DNA of 64,000 nt from Eledone cirrhosa (GCA_964016885.1 OZ024755.1:18786001-18850000); one strand, 5' to 3'; counted from the stretch's first letter, positions 23,910-36,978 are shown. Program-made: numbers and translations. The notes: generated by a model from the letters alone, not told the origin.

Positions 23910-24901
23910 AATGATGATGATGATGATGATGATTGTTGCAGTGGTGGTGTCAGTGGTGGTGATGATAATGGTGGTGGAGGTAGGTGGTGGTGGTGGTGGT
24001 GGTGGTAGTGTTGGTAGGTGGTGGTGGTGGTGGTGGTGGTGGTAGATGGTGGTGGTGGTGGTGGTGGTGGTGGTAGGTGGTGGTAGTGTTGGTGGTGGTG
24101 TTGGTGGTGGTAGGTGGTGGTAGTGTTGGTGGTGGTGGTAGTGTTGGTGGTGGTGGTGGTAGTGTTGGTGGTAGTGTTGGTAGGTGGTAGTGTTGGTAGG
24201 TGGTGGTGGTAGTGTTGGTGGTGGTGTGGTAGGTGGTGGTAGTGTTGGTGGTGGTGGTGGTAGTGTTGGTGGTGGTGGTTGGTGGTGGTGGTAGTGTTGG
24301 TGGTGGTGGTGGTAGTGTTGGTGGTGGTGGTTGGTGGTGGTGGTGGTGGTGGTGGTGGTGTCGGTGGTAGTAGTGTTGGTGGTGGTAGGTGGTGGTAGTG
24401 TTGGTGGTGGTGGTAGTGTTGGTGGTGGTGGTGGTAGTGTTGGTGGTAGTGTTGGTAGGTGGTGGTGGTAGTGTTGGTGGTGGTGTGGTAGGTGGTGGTA
24501 GTGTTGGTGGTGGTGGTGGTGGTCGTAGTGTTGGTGGTGGTGGTAGTGTTGGTGGTGGTGGTGGTAGTGTTGGTGGTGGTGGTAGTGTTGGTGGTGGTGG
24601 TTGTTGGTGGTGGTAGTGTTGGTGGTGGTGGTTGTTGGTGGTGGTAGGTGGTGGTAGTGTTGGTGGTGGTGGTTGTTGGTGGTGGTAGTGTTGGTGGTGG
24701 TGGTTGTTGGTGGTGGTAGTGTTGGTGGTGGTGGTTGTTGGTGGTGGTAGGTGGTGGTAGTGTTGGTGGTGGTAGGTGGTGGTAGTGTTGGTGGCGACGA
24801 TGGTGTTGGTGGTGATAATGATGACGACGGTAGTGGTGGTGGTGATTGTGATGATGATGGTGGTGGTAGTGGTGATGATGATGGTGATGATGATGGTGAT
24901 G

Positions 24902-24933
<32 letters not shown>

Positions 24934-24955
24934 GGCGGTGACAGTGGTGGTGATA
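23910..24955. repeat. (GGT)n-rich microsatellite block grading into (GAT)n
   Basis: Visible directly; accounts for the Pro/Thr/His-rich spurious ORF. Confidence 0.9.
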
Positions 24956-25187
24956 TATATATCTTTTATGTCAATGAATGAATGAACTTTACTGCATTTA
25001 TTAAGTATTAATCTCTCATCTGTACATCTACACTCACTTCCGTACATAAATACATACAAGTGTCTGTGTATATGTATATATATATATACACACACACTCA
25101 CACAGACAGACACACTCTCACATATATATATACATGAACACACACACACAGAGACTGACACTTGTTTGTATTTATGTATGGATGTGA

Positions 25188-25241
<54 letters not shown>

Positions 25242-25397
25242 TTATATATATATATAAGAAAAAAAAGTGAAGTTTCATTTACATGTTTCTATTGATTATT
25301 GACCTGTTATACATACATTTTTTTCTCATTATATACACTCTGGCTGTGCATTGAGTGCTCATATTGGTACCAGCACCAGTAATTCACTGAATCCCCA

Positions 25398-25456
<59 letters not shown>

Positions 25457-25487
25457 TTATATGTTATATTCCTTTGTTATATTTTGA

Positions 25488-25545
25488 ATACCTGATGATG
25501 TCACCGGATTCATACTGAACCCGGTCATTGAAATGATCATAGTAT
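25488..25545 (+). ncRNA. Type I hammerhead ribozyme motif
   Basis: ATAC-CTGATGA-TG..ACCGG.TTCA/TAC/TGAA.CCGGTCA..-GAAA-TGATCA-TA-GTAT, with palindromic stem III, between (TA)n tracts. Confidence 0.75.
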
Positions 25546-25639
25546 AATAAACCTTTCAAGGATTTACACCAGTCCAGCCTCCTGTTATTTTATAATATAT
25601 ATATAGATATATATATATATGTGTGTGTGTATATATAGG

Positions 25640-26003
25640 AGAAGGAAAACTCTGATATAACACCTGCAACCCTGATGGTATCCAATGATGTTGACTTGTT
25701 ATTCTTTTTAGTAAATATCATCTTGGTTAAGAGAGTGGGACTGGCTTTGTGCAGTGCCTTTGCTCACTATAAAAGCTTCACGGCACAGGCATTGCTTTAT
25801 ATCTGGAGATCTCTCTGCACTTGTCGTCACATGGTACCATGGGCCCAGCACTATGTGTCAATAATTGTCACAGGTGTAGTGTTTGTACCAGAGTTTTCAA
25901 GTCGCTGGCTGGACTAAAAAGTCACACTCGTTCAGCGCATCGGTAGGGGTTCTCCTACATGGATATAAAGTAGTGGCCGTACTTGAAAACGAGTTGGCAG
26001 CCA

Positions 26004-26006
<3 letters not shown>
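25640..26006 (+). mobile_element. RTE-like LINE 3' end with C-terminal C2H2 zinc finger
   Basis: The frame from 25860 reads NNCHRCSVCTRVFKSLAGLKSHTRSAHR*, followed by a short 3' UTR hairpin GTGGCCGTACTTGAAAACGAGTTGGCAGCCAC and (TA)n. Confidence 0.6.
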
Positions 26007-26054
<48 letters not shown>

Positions 26055-26608
26055 GAGAAAATGTATATAAACCATACCAAAGCTGGAACATATGAAAGTT
26101 TTAAGAGGTGGTTGTCCGACCTGCCTAGAACAGTGGCTCCATGCTAGCAAGGAAAAACGGGTGTAAAATGAAGATGATGATGATGTTGGTGATGTTGATG
26201 ATGATGGTGATGTTGATGAGGAGAATAAGACAGCAAATTAATATTCAAGCTGAAGAAATTGTATATATGTGAAGGAAATTCACCAATCTTTGCTACACAA
26301 TTTACAGTAGATTTCATTTATAAGAGGAATATTTACATAGCTTTCTTCCTTTACACTAATATTATGGCTGTTTTAATGGTGGGAGAATGTCTGACATTGC
26401 TACAGAGCAATATTAGAAATAGTCTTTTTATATATTTATCACTTTATGTCAAATCACAAGAAAGGGAATTATACAAATCGTACTGGGGAAGAAATAAAAG
26501 AGAGTCTAGCATAGAAGAAAATTATGTTGTTTCGTGTCTGACAAAGGAGCCTACACCTGGTTGGTCACCTTGCTAGAAATAACAACCAAATTCGTTAAAA
26601 TCTCATTC

Positions 26609-26797
26609 TTAACCCCTTAGCATTTACATTACACACTGAATTATTTATGAGATAATTTACTATTATATTTTCACAGTAAAGGCTGGATTTCTCAAAATTT
26701 TCTCATATAATATCGAATCTATGAGATTTTGATATTATTTATTTTGAGAACAATATCTTAACATCAGTATGAACAGCCAGTTATGGCTGGTTTGAAC
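26609..26797 (-). mobile_element. piggyBac-like MITE M1, truncated by a minisatellite
   Basis: TTAACCCCTTAGCATTTACATTAC... with M1 internal sequence. Confidence 0.7.
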
Positions 26798-26804
26798 CGA
26801 TATA

Positions 26805-27126
26805 TGGTATAGATATAACCCAGGAATGATACCACAAAATAGTATAGATATAACCCAGAAGTGATATCACCAAATAGTATAGATATAACCCAGGAGCGAT
26901 ATCACCAAATGGTATGGATATAACCCAGGAATGATACCACCAAATAGTATAGATATAACCCAGGAGTGATATCACCAAATAGTATAGATATAACCCAGGA
27001 GTGATATCACCAAATAGTATAGATATAACCCAGGAGTGATATCACCAAATAGTATAGATATAACCCAGGAGTGATATCACCAAATAGTATGGATAAAACG
27101 CAGGAGTGATATCACCAAATGGTATA
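26805..27126. repeat. 35-bp minisatellite, about 9 copies
   Basis: Unit GTATAGATATAACCCAGGAGTGATATCACCAAATA. Confidence 0.9.
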
Positions 27127-27269
27127 GTTGTGAGCTAAAGCTTTTCCAGAATACTGACTCCAGATAAAACAAAATTTCATATTCTTGCCAACAGCAGGAA
27201 GATGTCTTATTACAGACTTGTTAGCTTTTTTTTGTAAGTCACACTGAATTATTTATGAGATAATTTCTA

Positions 27270-27540
27270 TATACACACACACATGCACATACACACAAAC
27301 ATGTAAGCATGCTGCCACACACACACACAAACATGCTTACACACACATAAACATCCTTTCTCACACACAAATATACACGCAAGCATGCTTTCACACATAC
27401 ACAAGTATGCTTTCACACACACACACAAGCATGCTTTCACACTGACACACACAAGGTATGCTTTCACACTGACACACACACACAAGTATGTTTTCACACT
27501 GACACACATACACACACACACACAAGCATGCCTTCACACT

Positions 27541-27577
<37 letters not shown>

Positions 27578-27701
27578 GTATGCTTTCACACTGACACATA
27601 CACACACACACAAGCATGCCTTCACACTGACACACACACAAGCATGGCTTCACACTGACACACACACACACACATACACACACGCATGCTTTCACATTGA
27701 T

Positions 27702-27740
<39 letters not shown>
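27270..27740. repeat. (CA)n-based degenerate minisatellite
   Basis: Recurrent AAGCATGCTTTCACACTGACACAC. Confidence 0.8.
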
Positions 27741-27741
<1 letters not shown>

Positions 27742-28039
27742 CATGCCACACTTTTGTGGTGTTTCAACTGAACTGAAGCTAGAAAAGAAAGTATCCATCC
27801 ATTGTATATATACAGCAGCAGCAGCAGCAGCTCTTCCATTAAACAGCAGAGTTTTAATAGAAGTAAATATTGATAGCAGATTAATATACCACACCATAGA
27901 TTTGTATAACAATGGAAATACACAACATTTATAATATATACAGAGAATATCATAGAATATATATACAGAGAATATCATAGAATATATATAGAGAGAATAT
28001 AAAATATATATATAGGGAATATCATAAAATATGTCATAT

Positions 28040-28512
28040 ATGGAGATAGAGAGAGAGGGGCGGAGAGAGAGAGGGAGAGAGGGGGGGGGCAGAGAAATTG
28101 TGTGTGTTAGAGATAGAGAGAAGAACAGAAAAGGAGAGACAGAGAGGGGAAGGAACAGAGAAAGTGCGAGTGTTAGATAGATAGAGACAGAGTGAGAGAG
28201 AAGGAGTAAAAGAGAGAGAGGGTGAGAGAGAGGGCATGAGAGAGAAAGAGTAAAAGAGATAGAGAGTGAGAGAGAAAGAGAGAGAAAGAGTAAGAGAGAT
28301 AGAGAGTGAGAGAGAAAGAGTAAGAGAGAGTGAGAGAAAGAGAGAGAGAGAGAAGGAAAGAGAGAAAGAGTGAGAGAGAGAGAGAGAGAAGGAAAGAGTA
28401 AGAGATAGAGAAGGAAAGAGTGAGAGAGAGTGAGAGAGAGATATGTAGAGAGAGAGAGAGAGAGAGAGAGTGAAAGAGAAAAAGAGAGAGAAGAGAGAGA
28501 AATAGAAAGGGA
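28040..28512. repeat. (GA)n-rich polypurine tract
   Basis: Visible directly. Confidence 0.85.
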
Positions 28513-28671
28513 GACTATTCACCCAAATCAATGTGACTAAAGAATGTCTTCCTTTTCATACTTTAGATTAATTTGTATGTGACATCTTTATATATTTTAT
28601 ATCTGTTGGTTGACTTCCTCTTCATTAGCATTAGAAAGTTGTTCATCTTTACAAAGTAGGTAAAATATATT

Positions 28672-29132
28672 CAGCATATCACATACTTAGGTAGACATTA
28701 AGATGAGCAGGATAATACAGCATATCACATACTTATAATAATAATAATAATAATGAAATTATTGTGTACAGTGCTCAGGTGCACTACAACTCATCAAAGG
28801 TGCATGTATAGTACATAGAATAATGTAGACATTAAGATGAGCAGGATAATACAGCATATCACATACTTTTGTTATATCACAGCATATCACATACTTATGT
28901 AGATATTAAGATGAGCAGGATAATACAGCATATCACATACTTTTGTTATATCACAGCATATCACATACTTATGTAGATATTAAGATGAGCAGGATAATAC
29001 AGCATATCACATACTTTTGTAGACATTAGATGAGGAGGATAATACAGCATATCACATACTTTTGTAGACATTAAGATGAGGAGGATATGTGATATGCTGT
29101 ATATCACAGCATATCACATACTTTTGTAGACA
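28672..29132. repeat. Irregular tandem repeat (AGACATTAAGATGAGCAGGATAATACAGCATATCACATACTT) interrupted by a CR1 3' tip at 28735-28826
   Basis: About 6 copies, with a terminal hairpin ATGTGATATGCTGT/ACAGCATATCACAT. Confidence 0.75.
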
Positions 29133-29167
29133 GCAAAATATTACAGGTTTTGATAGGAAAAACTAAA

Positions 29168-29762
29168 AATACACATACATATACATACACATACACAAAT
29201 AGACAGACACACACATACACAAATAGACATATACACACACATACATACATACACAAATAGACACATAAACACACACACATACATACACAAATAGACATAT
29301 ACACACACATACATACACAAATAGACATATACACACACACATACCTACACAAATAGACATATACACACACACATACATACATACACAAATAGACATACAC
29401 ACACACACAAAATACATACATAAACACACATACACGCATATATACGCATACATATACATACACAGACATACACATATGCACACACACACATACACAAATG
29501 CACACACATACATGCATATATACATACACATATGCATGTACACATACACGCATATATACACACATACCTATACATACACAAATAGACATACACATATGCA
29601 CACACACACACATACATACACAGATATATACACACATACACAGATACATACACACATACATAGGCTCAAATATACACACACACACATATATACATACATA
29701 AACATACATACAAACACACACACACACACATACATACACACACACACACACACTCACACACG
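29168..29762. repeat. (CA)n/(CATA)n compound microsatellite
   Basis: Visible directly. Confidence 0.9.
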
Positions 29763-30015
29763 AAATTGCCTTTACAGAACATTGGGTAAATTTAAAACTT
29801 GAAAGTGTGCTGCTTTTTGTAAAGCTGCAACAACAACAAACCCACAACAAAAATAGTTGAACAAGTCAGATAAATAATTCTTTGGAATTGGAAAAAAAAA
29901 TTGAACAGAACTGCCTGCATGAATCAAACACCACCTCTACCATATACTGGTTGGTTGTGATACCATTATATATATAAATATATATATCATCATCAATATT
30001 ATCGATTATATACAA

Positions 30016-30210
30016 GGGTGGTGGATTGGTAGTATCGGTAGAGGGTCGGACGCCATGCTTTGACGCATAGAGTTACGGCCCTTGCCATTCTGAGTTCAAA
30101 TCCCGCCGTGGTTAACTTTGCCTTTCATCCTTACGGGGGTCGATAAAATAAAGTACCAGTAATGCACTGGGGTAATTGCTGGCCTTGTGCCAAAAGTAGA
30201 AACAATTATT
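30016..30210 (+). mobile_element. SINE family A, full length
   Basis: Complete head to tail; TATTATCGATTATATA on both sides (TSD-like). Confidence 0.85.
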
Positions 30211-30214
30211 ATCG

Positions 30215-30258
<44 letters not shown>

Positions 30259-30259
<1 letters not shown>

Positions 30260-30444
30260 AAAAGTATGACCCCGACGGCAGAGCTCAAGCCGTTTCAACG
30301 GCTATTTCTGGAGAAATAGCCGTCGAAACGGCTTGAGCTCTGCCATCGGGGTCATACTTTTTCTTATTACCCACTCTACTACCCTAAGTATTGAGTACTC
30401 TGGTGCGTTATGGTCCATCTGGTTCCTTACCACAACTCCTTTGT
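30259..30444 (+). mobile_element. Fold-back Penelope-like remnant (family H2) with the 3' half of a hammerhead
   Basis: Palindrome at 30259-30362 containing GAAA-CGGC/TTGAGCTCT/GCC(A)-TC-GGGGTC, then a shared tail into (TA)n. Confidence 0.65.
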
Positions 30445-30484
<40 letters not shown>

Positions 30485-30659
30485 ATGGCTGCAACTCGAT
30501 TTCGAGTAATGCCATCACTTGATACTTAAGCATGAGCATCATGGACGTGGCTTTTTAGTCCTGCTAGGGGCTTGTCTATGGCCAGCAATACCATGCATCG
30601 CAAAAAATGTCACATATCAAGCAATGCCTATGTTTGAAGCTTTTTTAGGTGAGAATAAG

Positions 30660-30660
<1 letters not shown>
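30485..30660 (-). mobile_element. RTE-like LINE 3' end, zinc-finger family
   Basis: Minus strand ...LAGLKSHVHDAHA* and hairpin GGCATTACTCGAAATCGAGTTGCAGCC, similar to 25860-26006. Confidence 0.5.
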
Positions 30661-30696
<36 letters not shown>

Positions 30697-30699
<3 letters not shown>

Positions 30700-30931
30700 C
30701 GAAGGAAATGTGGTAAGGAATCAGGTGGACCATAACGCGCCAAAGTACTCAATACTTAGGGTAGTAGAGTGGGTAATAGGAACAAGTAAGACCCCAACGG
30801 CTGAGCTCAAGCCGTTTCGACGGCTAATTCTGTACGGATTATATAACCAAATTATATATTGTGTACATGTGTACGTCCAGAATTAGCCGTCGAAACAGCT
30901 TGAGCTCAGCCGTCGGGGTCTTACTTGTTCC

Positions 30932-30936
<5 letters not shown>
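30697..30936 (-). mobile_element. Fold-back Penelope-like remnant (family H2) with templated filler at the junction
   Basis: Inverted arms at 30775-30832 and 30878-30936; the loop contains 29 nt identical to 32395-32423. Confidence 0.65.
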
Positions 30937-30987
<51 letters not shown>

Positions 30988-31051
30988 ATATGTATATATA
31001 TATATATTATTCAAAATGTTAACAAATGAAAAATATTCTCATCATCAAAAT

Positions 31052-31120
31052 ATATACTTTATTATACATATTTCAAAGGTACTATGGTGTTGAAGTACGT
31101 TTTCATCAGACAAAATATAT
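31052..31120 (-). ncRNA. Minimal type I hammerhead ribozyme motif
   Basis: Reverse complement reads ATATATTTTGT-CTGATGA-AAACGTACT...AGTACCTTT-GAAA-TATGTA-TA-ATAAAGTATAT, with an 11-bp stem I including G:U pairs. Confidence 0.68.
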
Positions 31121-31708
31121 GATTAATCTATTGTAAAATTGTATTTGTTGAGTAATCAATGAACCACACTAAACAATGCAGATGGGTAATTCTCCGGGTA
31201 ACAAGATAACAAGATCTGGTGGTGACGAGAGAGATGTAAGTGAATGTAGAATGAGGTGTATAGTGTGTAGAAGAACGTAGGAAAGAGCGTAAAAAATAAA
31301 AATAATAATTTATGTATTTGTTTGTTTTTCACTGTTACTTATGGTGGATCACTTGCAGCAATGGAAAACAGAAGAAGTAAAATAGTCATTTTACTTATGG
31401 TGTTTTATGTAAAGTGTTCTTCCAATTGTGCTATCATCAAGGAAACTTCCTAAAGAGCTGAGCTGTTTTAGATTGAAACACGATGAAACACTATCTCTAT
31501 TGATTTCATGTCATTATGGTGGAGGTGGTGGTGTGGAGTGCTATTAGTGAGGTGGTGGTATGGTGATGGTGTTGGTGGTAATGGTAGTGTAGTGGTGGTG
31601 GTGGTGGTGTGGTGGTGGTGGTGATGGTGGTGGTGATGGTATGTGGTTCATTATGTGTTGGTATGGTGTTGGGTACCTAAATCTGAAGCCATTATTATTA
31701 AATAAAGC

Positions 31709-31896
31709 AGTGAATTGGCTGTATCGGTAGAGGGTTGGACGCCATGCTTTGACGCATAGAGTTACGGCCCTTTCCAATCTGAGTTCAAATCCCGCCGAGG
31801 TTAACTTTGCCTTTCATCCTTACGGGGTCGATAAAATAAAGTACCAGTAATGCACTGGGATAATTGCTGGCCTTGTGCCTAAAGTAGAAACAATTA
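31709..31896 (+). mobile_element. SINE family A, full length
   Basis: Complete family A sequence. Confidence 0.85.
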
Positions 31897-32626
31897 TGAT
31901 GGAGAGAGAGAGAAAGGCAACACAACTCAAATGCAACATTAAAAAAATAAAAATCACAACACATTACAAAAAAAACAACAACCCCAAACAACAATTTTAA
32001 AACAAAGAGAAACTAGAGAGCAAGGATTTAAAAAAAAAGATATTTTCTTCTTCTAAAGTATGAAGTAAAAAAAAATATTAACTAAATATGAATTATTTCT
32101 AAACTGAAACCAAGTTTGGTCCAAACAAATTATTTTCTTTCATCTTAGTTTTTCTAAAATTGATTAATTTTTGTTTAATCTGGAAATATGTTCATTGATA
32201 ACAGAATAAAATATACTTTCTCACATGAGATAGTCAACTTTGAAGTATAGTTAACCAACATTATATAGTGTGTGTCTGTGTGTATGAGAGAGAGAGAGAT
32301 GGGAGAGAGAGGGGGAGAGAGAGAGAGAGGGGGGTGAAGGGAGATAGGAATGAAGGAGAGGAAGAGAGAGAGGTGGTCAACTTTGAAGTATAGTTAACCA
32401 AATTATATATTGTGTACATGTGTGTATAAGAGAGAGAGAGAGAGAGAGATGGGGGAGATGGAGATAGTCAACTTTGAAGTATAGTTAACCAAAATTAAAT
32501 AGTGTGTGCATGTATGTATGTGTGAGAGAGAGAGAGAGAGAGACGGAGAGAGAGAGGGATGGAGATAGAGAGGAAGAGAGAGAAAGACGGAGAGAGGGAT
32601 GGAGAGAGAGAGGAAGAGAGAGAAAG

Positions 32627-32658
<32 letters not shown>

Positions 32659-32892
32659 CAAGGTAGAAGTAGTATTATAGTGAGATTAGAGACTAGCAGT
32701 GTGTTATGGAATAATAAAAAATATCCATAAATTATTAACAGGTGTGGTGGTGGTGGTGTTGTTGGTGATGTTGTTGGTGGTGGTGTTGGTGGTGGTGTTG
32801 GTGTTGGTGGTGTGTGTGTGTTCAAAAGATTTCAATAATGGCTGACAATTATTACCAGCAGTATGGTGCATGTGTGTAAGTTTGTGTAATAA

Positions 32893-32899
32893 TACTACC

Positions 32900-32956
<57 letters not shown>

Positions 32957-33348
32957 GCTGCTGCTGCAACTACCACCACCACAACCACCACCACTACTAC
33001 TACCATCGCCATCATCACTATCACCACCACTACTAACACCACTATCACTACTACTACTAACACCACTATCACCACCACTACTAACACCACTATCACTACT
33101 ACTAACACCACTATCACCACCACTACTAACACCACTATCACCACCACTAACACCACTATCACTACCACTACTAACACCACTATCACTACTACTACTACTA
33201 CTACTACTAACACCACTATCACTACTACTACTACTACTAACACCACTATCATCACCACTACTAACACCACTATCACCACCACTACTAACACCACTATCAC
33301 TACCACTACTAACACCACTATCACTACTACTACTACTAACACCACTAT

Positions 33349-33381
<33 letters not shown>
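32893..33381. repeat. (ACT)n/(ACC)n compound microsatellite
   Basis: Visible directly; accounts for the Thr/Ser/Val-rich spurious ORFs. Confidence 0.9.
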
Positions 33382-33719
33382 ATATACCAACATGGTATTT
33401 TATAACCGTGGGTTTAATAGAAGACAATACAAAGTATAAAGTTGGTTGCCTCTAGTTATTTCATGAAGCTAATTTGAATGAAAGACACAAAACAATACAA
33501 TAAACTGCATCATTAATTCCTGACAAGTCTTTTGTTCTTGTCAGGTTTCAGCTTTTGAAGAGAAAAGGTTTGTTAATATAATGCTACATATTCCAGTTAT
33601 GTACTTCATGTGCTGGCTACATCATCTATAAATAGAGGAAAGCTGAATGAATTGCCATCAAACTAGCCAGTCTATATTGCAATGTGACCAGCATTTCAAA
33701 AAATTTAGACATGAGATGG

Positions 33720-33928
33720 TTAACCCTTTAGTATTTACATTACTCGATCTATATACTCTTGTATGTTGGTGATAAAGGCTTTATCTCACATAATATCGAA
33801 TCTATGGGATTTTTATGTTATTTATTTCGAGAACAATACCTTAACATCAGTATGAGTGGCCAGTTACGGTTGGTTTGAACAGAAAGAGGTGAGAGAATTC
33901 TGGACGGATGTGGCCAGTTTAAATGCTA
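33720..33928 (-). mobile_element. piggyBac-like MITE M1
   Basis: TTAACCCTTTAGTATTTACATTAC... with M1 internal sequence. Confidence 0.75.
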
Positions 33929-34254
33929 TAAAATAAGATATTTGCTACCTACACATAATTTATGAGTTCAAATTCACCATTGTTCTTGTTAAGCCCTAAA
34001 CTCTAAATCAATCAGGGGCATAGCTAGGGCAGCCCTAGAGTTTGCACCAGCCTCACACAGAAAAAAAAAAAAAAAAAAAAATCCAGCCTATACAGTCTTC
34101 TCCAACAGACCCAAAAGTGATGCTCCTATAAAAGTGTCACCCAGTGTGGGCTGTTCCACTGCCCAACCTCCTAGTTGTGATCAGATCTATTTATGATCAA
34201 AAGCATTCCATTCACGACTGTCCTATCTTTTTAAGGGTATGTAGGTCTATGCTA

Positions 34255-34600
34255 TCCCCGTGAACAAGATGCCAGTTGATCCTATGATTAATCCTCAACT
34301 GTTGCTGATGGTACTCATTTTCAGCTGAGTGAGCTAGAACAGTCATGTGGCCTGTTTGGCTTTCTAAATGGTATACCTAATTTCAAAATTACCTTGGAGT
34401 TTTAGAAGTGTGGCCCACCTTACGATGAGCCACATACTATGTGACCCAGTACTCGAAAAATGTTGCCCATGCCTGAACTAGAGCAATGCGAAATAAAGTG
34501 CCTTGCTCAAGGACAACAACATACCATCTGGTCTGGATATTGAACCGACGACCATACAGTCATGACTCAAACACTTTACCCACTAGATTATATACCTTCA
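34255..34600 (-). mobile_element. Old CORE-like SINE, possibly interrupted by a hAT-like piece at 34340-34475
   Basis: CAGCTGAGTGAGCTAGA | ... GTTGCCCATGCCTG | AACTAGAGCAATGCGAAATAAAGTGCCTTGCTCAAGG. Confidence 0.45.
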
Positions 34601-35124
34601 TTTAAAATATCAATGGCTACTTAAATATCTTTAATCAATTTAAAATAATGGACTTAGCTTAATCTATCAAGACTAAAGAAAAGCTAAAATCCCCAAAATA
34701 AAGATTTCTAATAGATGAGAACCACAAATATCTGTTCAGTAGGTGATCGATTTCTTATATAAGACTTCAGACTATACAGACTAGCAAGGTAACTGGATGG
34801 AGAAGAAAAGTTGGTTTACCAACAGGTGTGACATTCAATAATTTCCCATATATTTATCCTTCATCGAAAAATTCTTTATGAAAACAAACCAAAAATGTTG
34901 TGAGAAGATAATGCTATATACATACTTACGCACACACACACACACGTACACGCACGCACGTGTGTGTGTGTGTGTGTGTGCCCTTCATAAGGTTTAGGTG
35001 GTTGGCCAAATATGAAATATAATAAGATTGGTTTAGCCAAACCTGTCTGATCTTATACCATGACAACCTATCCAACCCATGTCAGTATACAAAGAGGATA
35101 TAAAAAATTGCTGATGTTGATTTT

Positions 35125-35200
35125 ATATATATATTTATATGCATATATATGCATATATATTTATATACTTGTATGTGTATATATTTATATACATATATAT

Positions 35201-35249
<49 letters not shown>

Positions 35250-35377
35250 AATATATACATATATATATATATATATACATACATATATACATAAATATAT
35301 ACATATATATATATATATACATACATATATACATATATATACATATATACATACATATATACATATATATACATATA

Positions 35378-35409
<32 letters not shown>

Positions 35410-35673
35410 CATACATATATACATATATATACATATATACATATATATATATGCATACATATATACATACATATATACATATATATATATATGCATACAT
35501 ATATACATATATATATATGAATACATATATACATACATATATATATGTATATGCATACATATATACATACATATATATGCATACATATATACATACATAT
35601 ATATATATATGTATATGCATACATATATACATATATATATATATGCATATGCATATATATATATATATATATA

Positions 35674-35711
<38 letters not shown>

Positions 35712-35775
35712 TATATATATATATGCATATATATATATATATATATATATGCATATATATATATATATATATATA

Positions 35776-35811
<36 letters not shown>

Positions 35812-35967
35812 TACATATATACATATATATATACATATATATATGCATATATACATACATATATATGCATACATATATATACATATATACGTACATATAT
35901 ATACATACATATATACGTACATATATATACATACATATATATATATATACATACATACATATATACA

Positions 35968-36017
<50 letters not shown>

Positions 36018-36076
36018 CATATATATATACATATATATATATATATACATACATACATATATACATACATATATAC

Positions 36077-36107
<31 letters not shown>

Positions 36108-36213
36108 CATACATATACATACATATATATATACATACATACATATATATATATACATACACATATATATATATACATACACATACATATATATATACAC
36201 ACACATATATATA
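35125..36213. repeat. ~1.1-kb (TA)n/(TACA)n/(TGCA) microsatellite
   Basis: Visible directly. Confidence 0.95.
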
Positions 36214-36460
36214 CATCATCATCATCATCATCATCGTTTAACATCTATCTTCCACGCTAGCATGGGTTTGGACGGGAATTGTCCCACTTGAGGCAAGATT
36301 GGTTGTCTCGCTCATATAGGACTGTCTGGCGGGTTTTCTACGGCTGGATGCCCTTCCTAACACCAACCACGTTTACAGTGTGGACTGGGAGGTTTTTACC
36401 GTGTTGCCTACACGGCCACATTACAGCATGGACTGTGTTTTTTTTTGTTGTGACACCTAC
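36214..36460 (-). mobile_element. SINE/RTE-type 3' region (variant C)
   Basis: Homologous to 19505-19783 and 7492-7652. Confidence 0.7.
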
Positions 36461-36892
36461 ACTATATATACATATACACACATATATATATATATATATA
36501 TACCCACACACACACATATATATACACACATATACAGAAATGCACACATGTATAGTGGGGTGTGACGGTAGAGAAAGCTGTAGGATGTTAGACTTTCTTG
36601 ACAGGGTGGTGATAATGTTTAGAATTAATATAGCCAGAAAATAGTGGAAGAATAGGTGTTTGCATTGAAACCAGCTTTTTCATGATTGCAAATAGCGAAA
36701 TGTTTTACTATATAATGTATTCTAAAGCTGGTACTATATCAAAGGAACTCGGCAATGTTTTCACGTAATATGGCAATTGATAGAAGTTCTAGAGAGACTA
36801 GAAGCGAAAATATTCCTCTATCTGAGCTTAGTCAATGGATTTTCAGATTATATATATGTGTGTGTGTGTGTGTGTGAGTGTGTATGTGTGTG

Positions 36893-36931
<39 letters not shown>

Positions 36932-36978
36932 GCATATATATATATACACATTTGTGTATATGCATATACACAGATATG

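Noticed and set aside
23950-25278. 442-aa Pro/Thr/His-rich extensin- or mucin-like ORF
   Set aside because: It is the translation of a (GGT)n/(GAT)n microsatellite, with frame-shifting repeat phase and no splice or domain support.
32704-33439. Thr-, Ser- or Val-rich ORFs
   Set aside because: The (ACT/ACC)n repeat is open on both strands.
34013-34185. Possible hAT-like element starting CAGGGGCATAGCTAGG
   Set aside because: The right TIR and TSD are too degenerate to support a call.
35060-36291. Long ORFs of 250-390 aa rich in Y/I/H/M/C (also near 6440-7570, 29100-29850, 36800-37380, 38800-39860, 48124-48452)
   Set aside because: These are stop-free translations of (TA)n/(CA)n/(TACA)n microsatellites in several frames on both strands.
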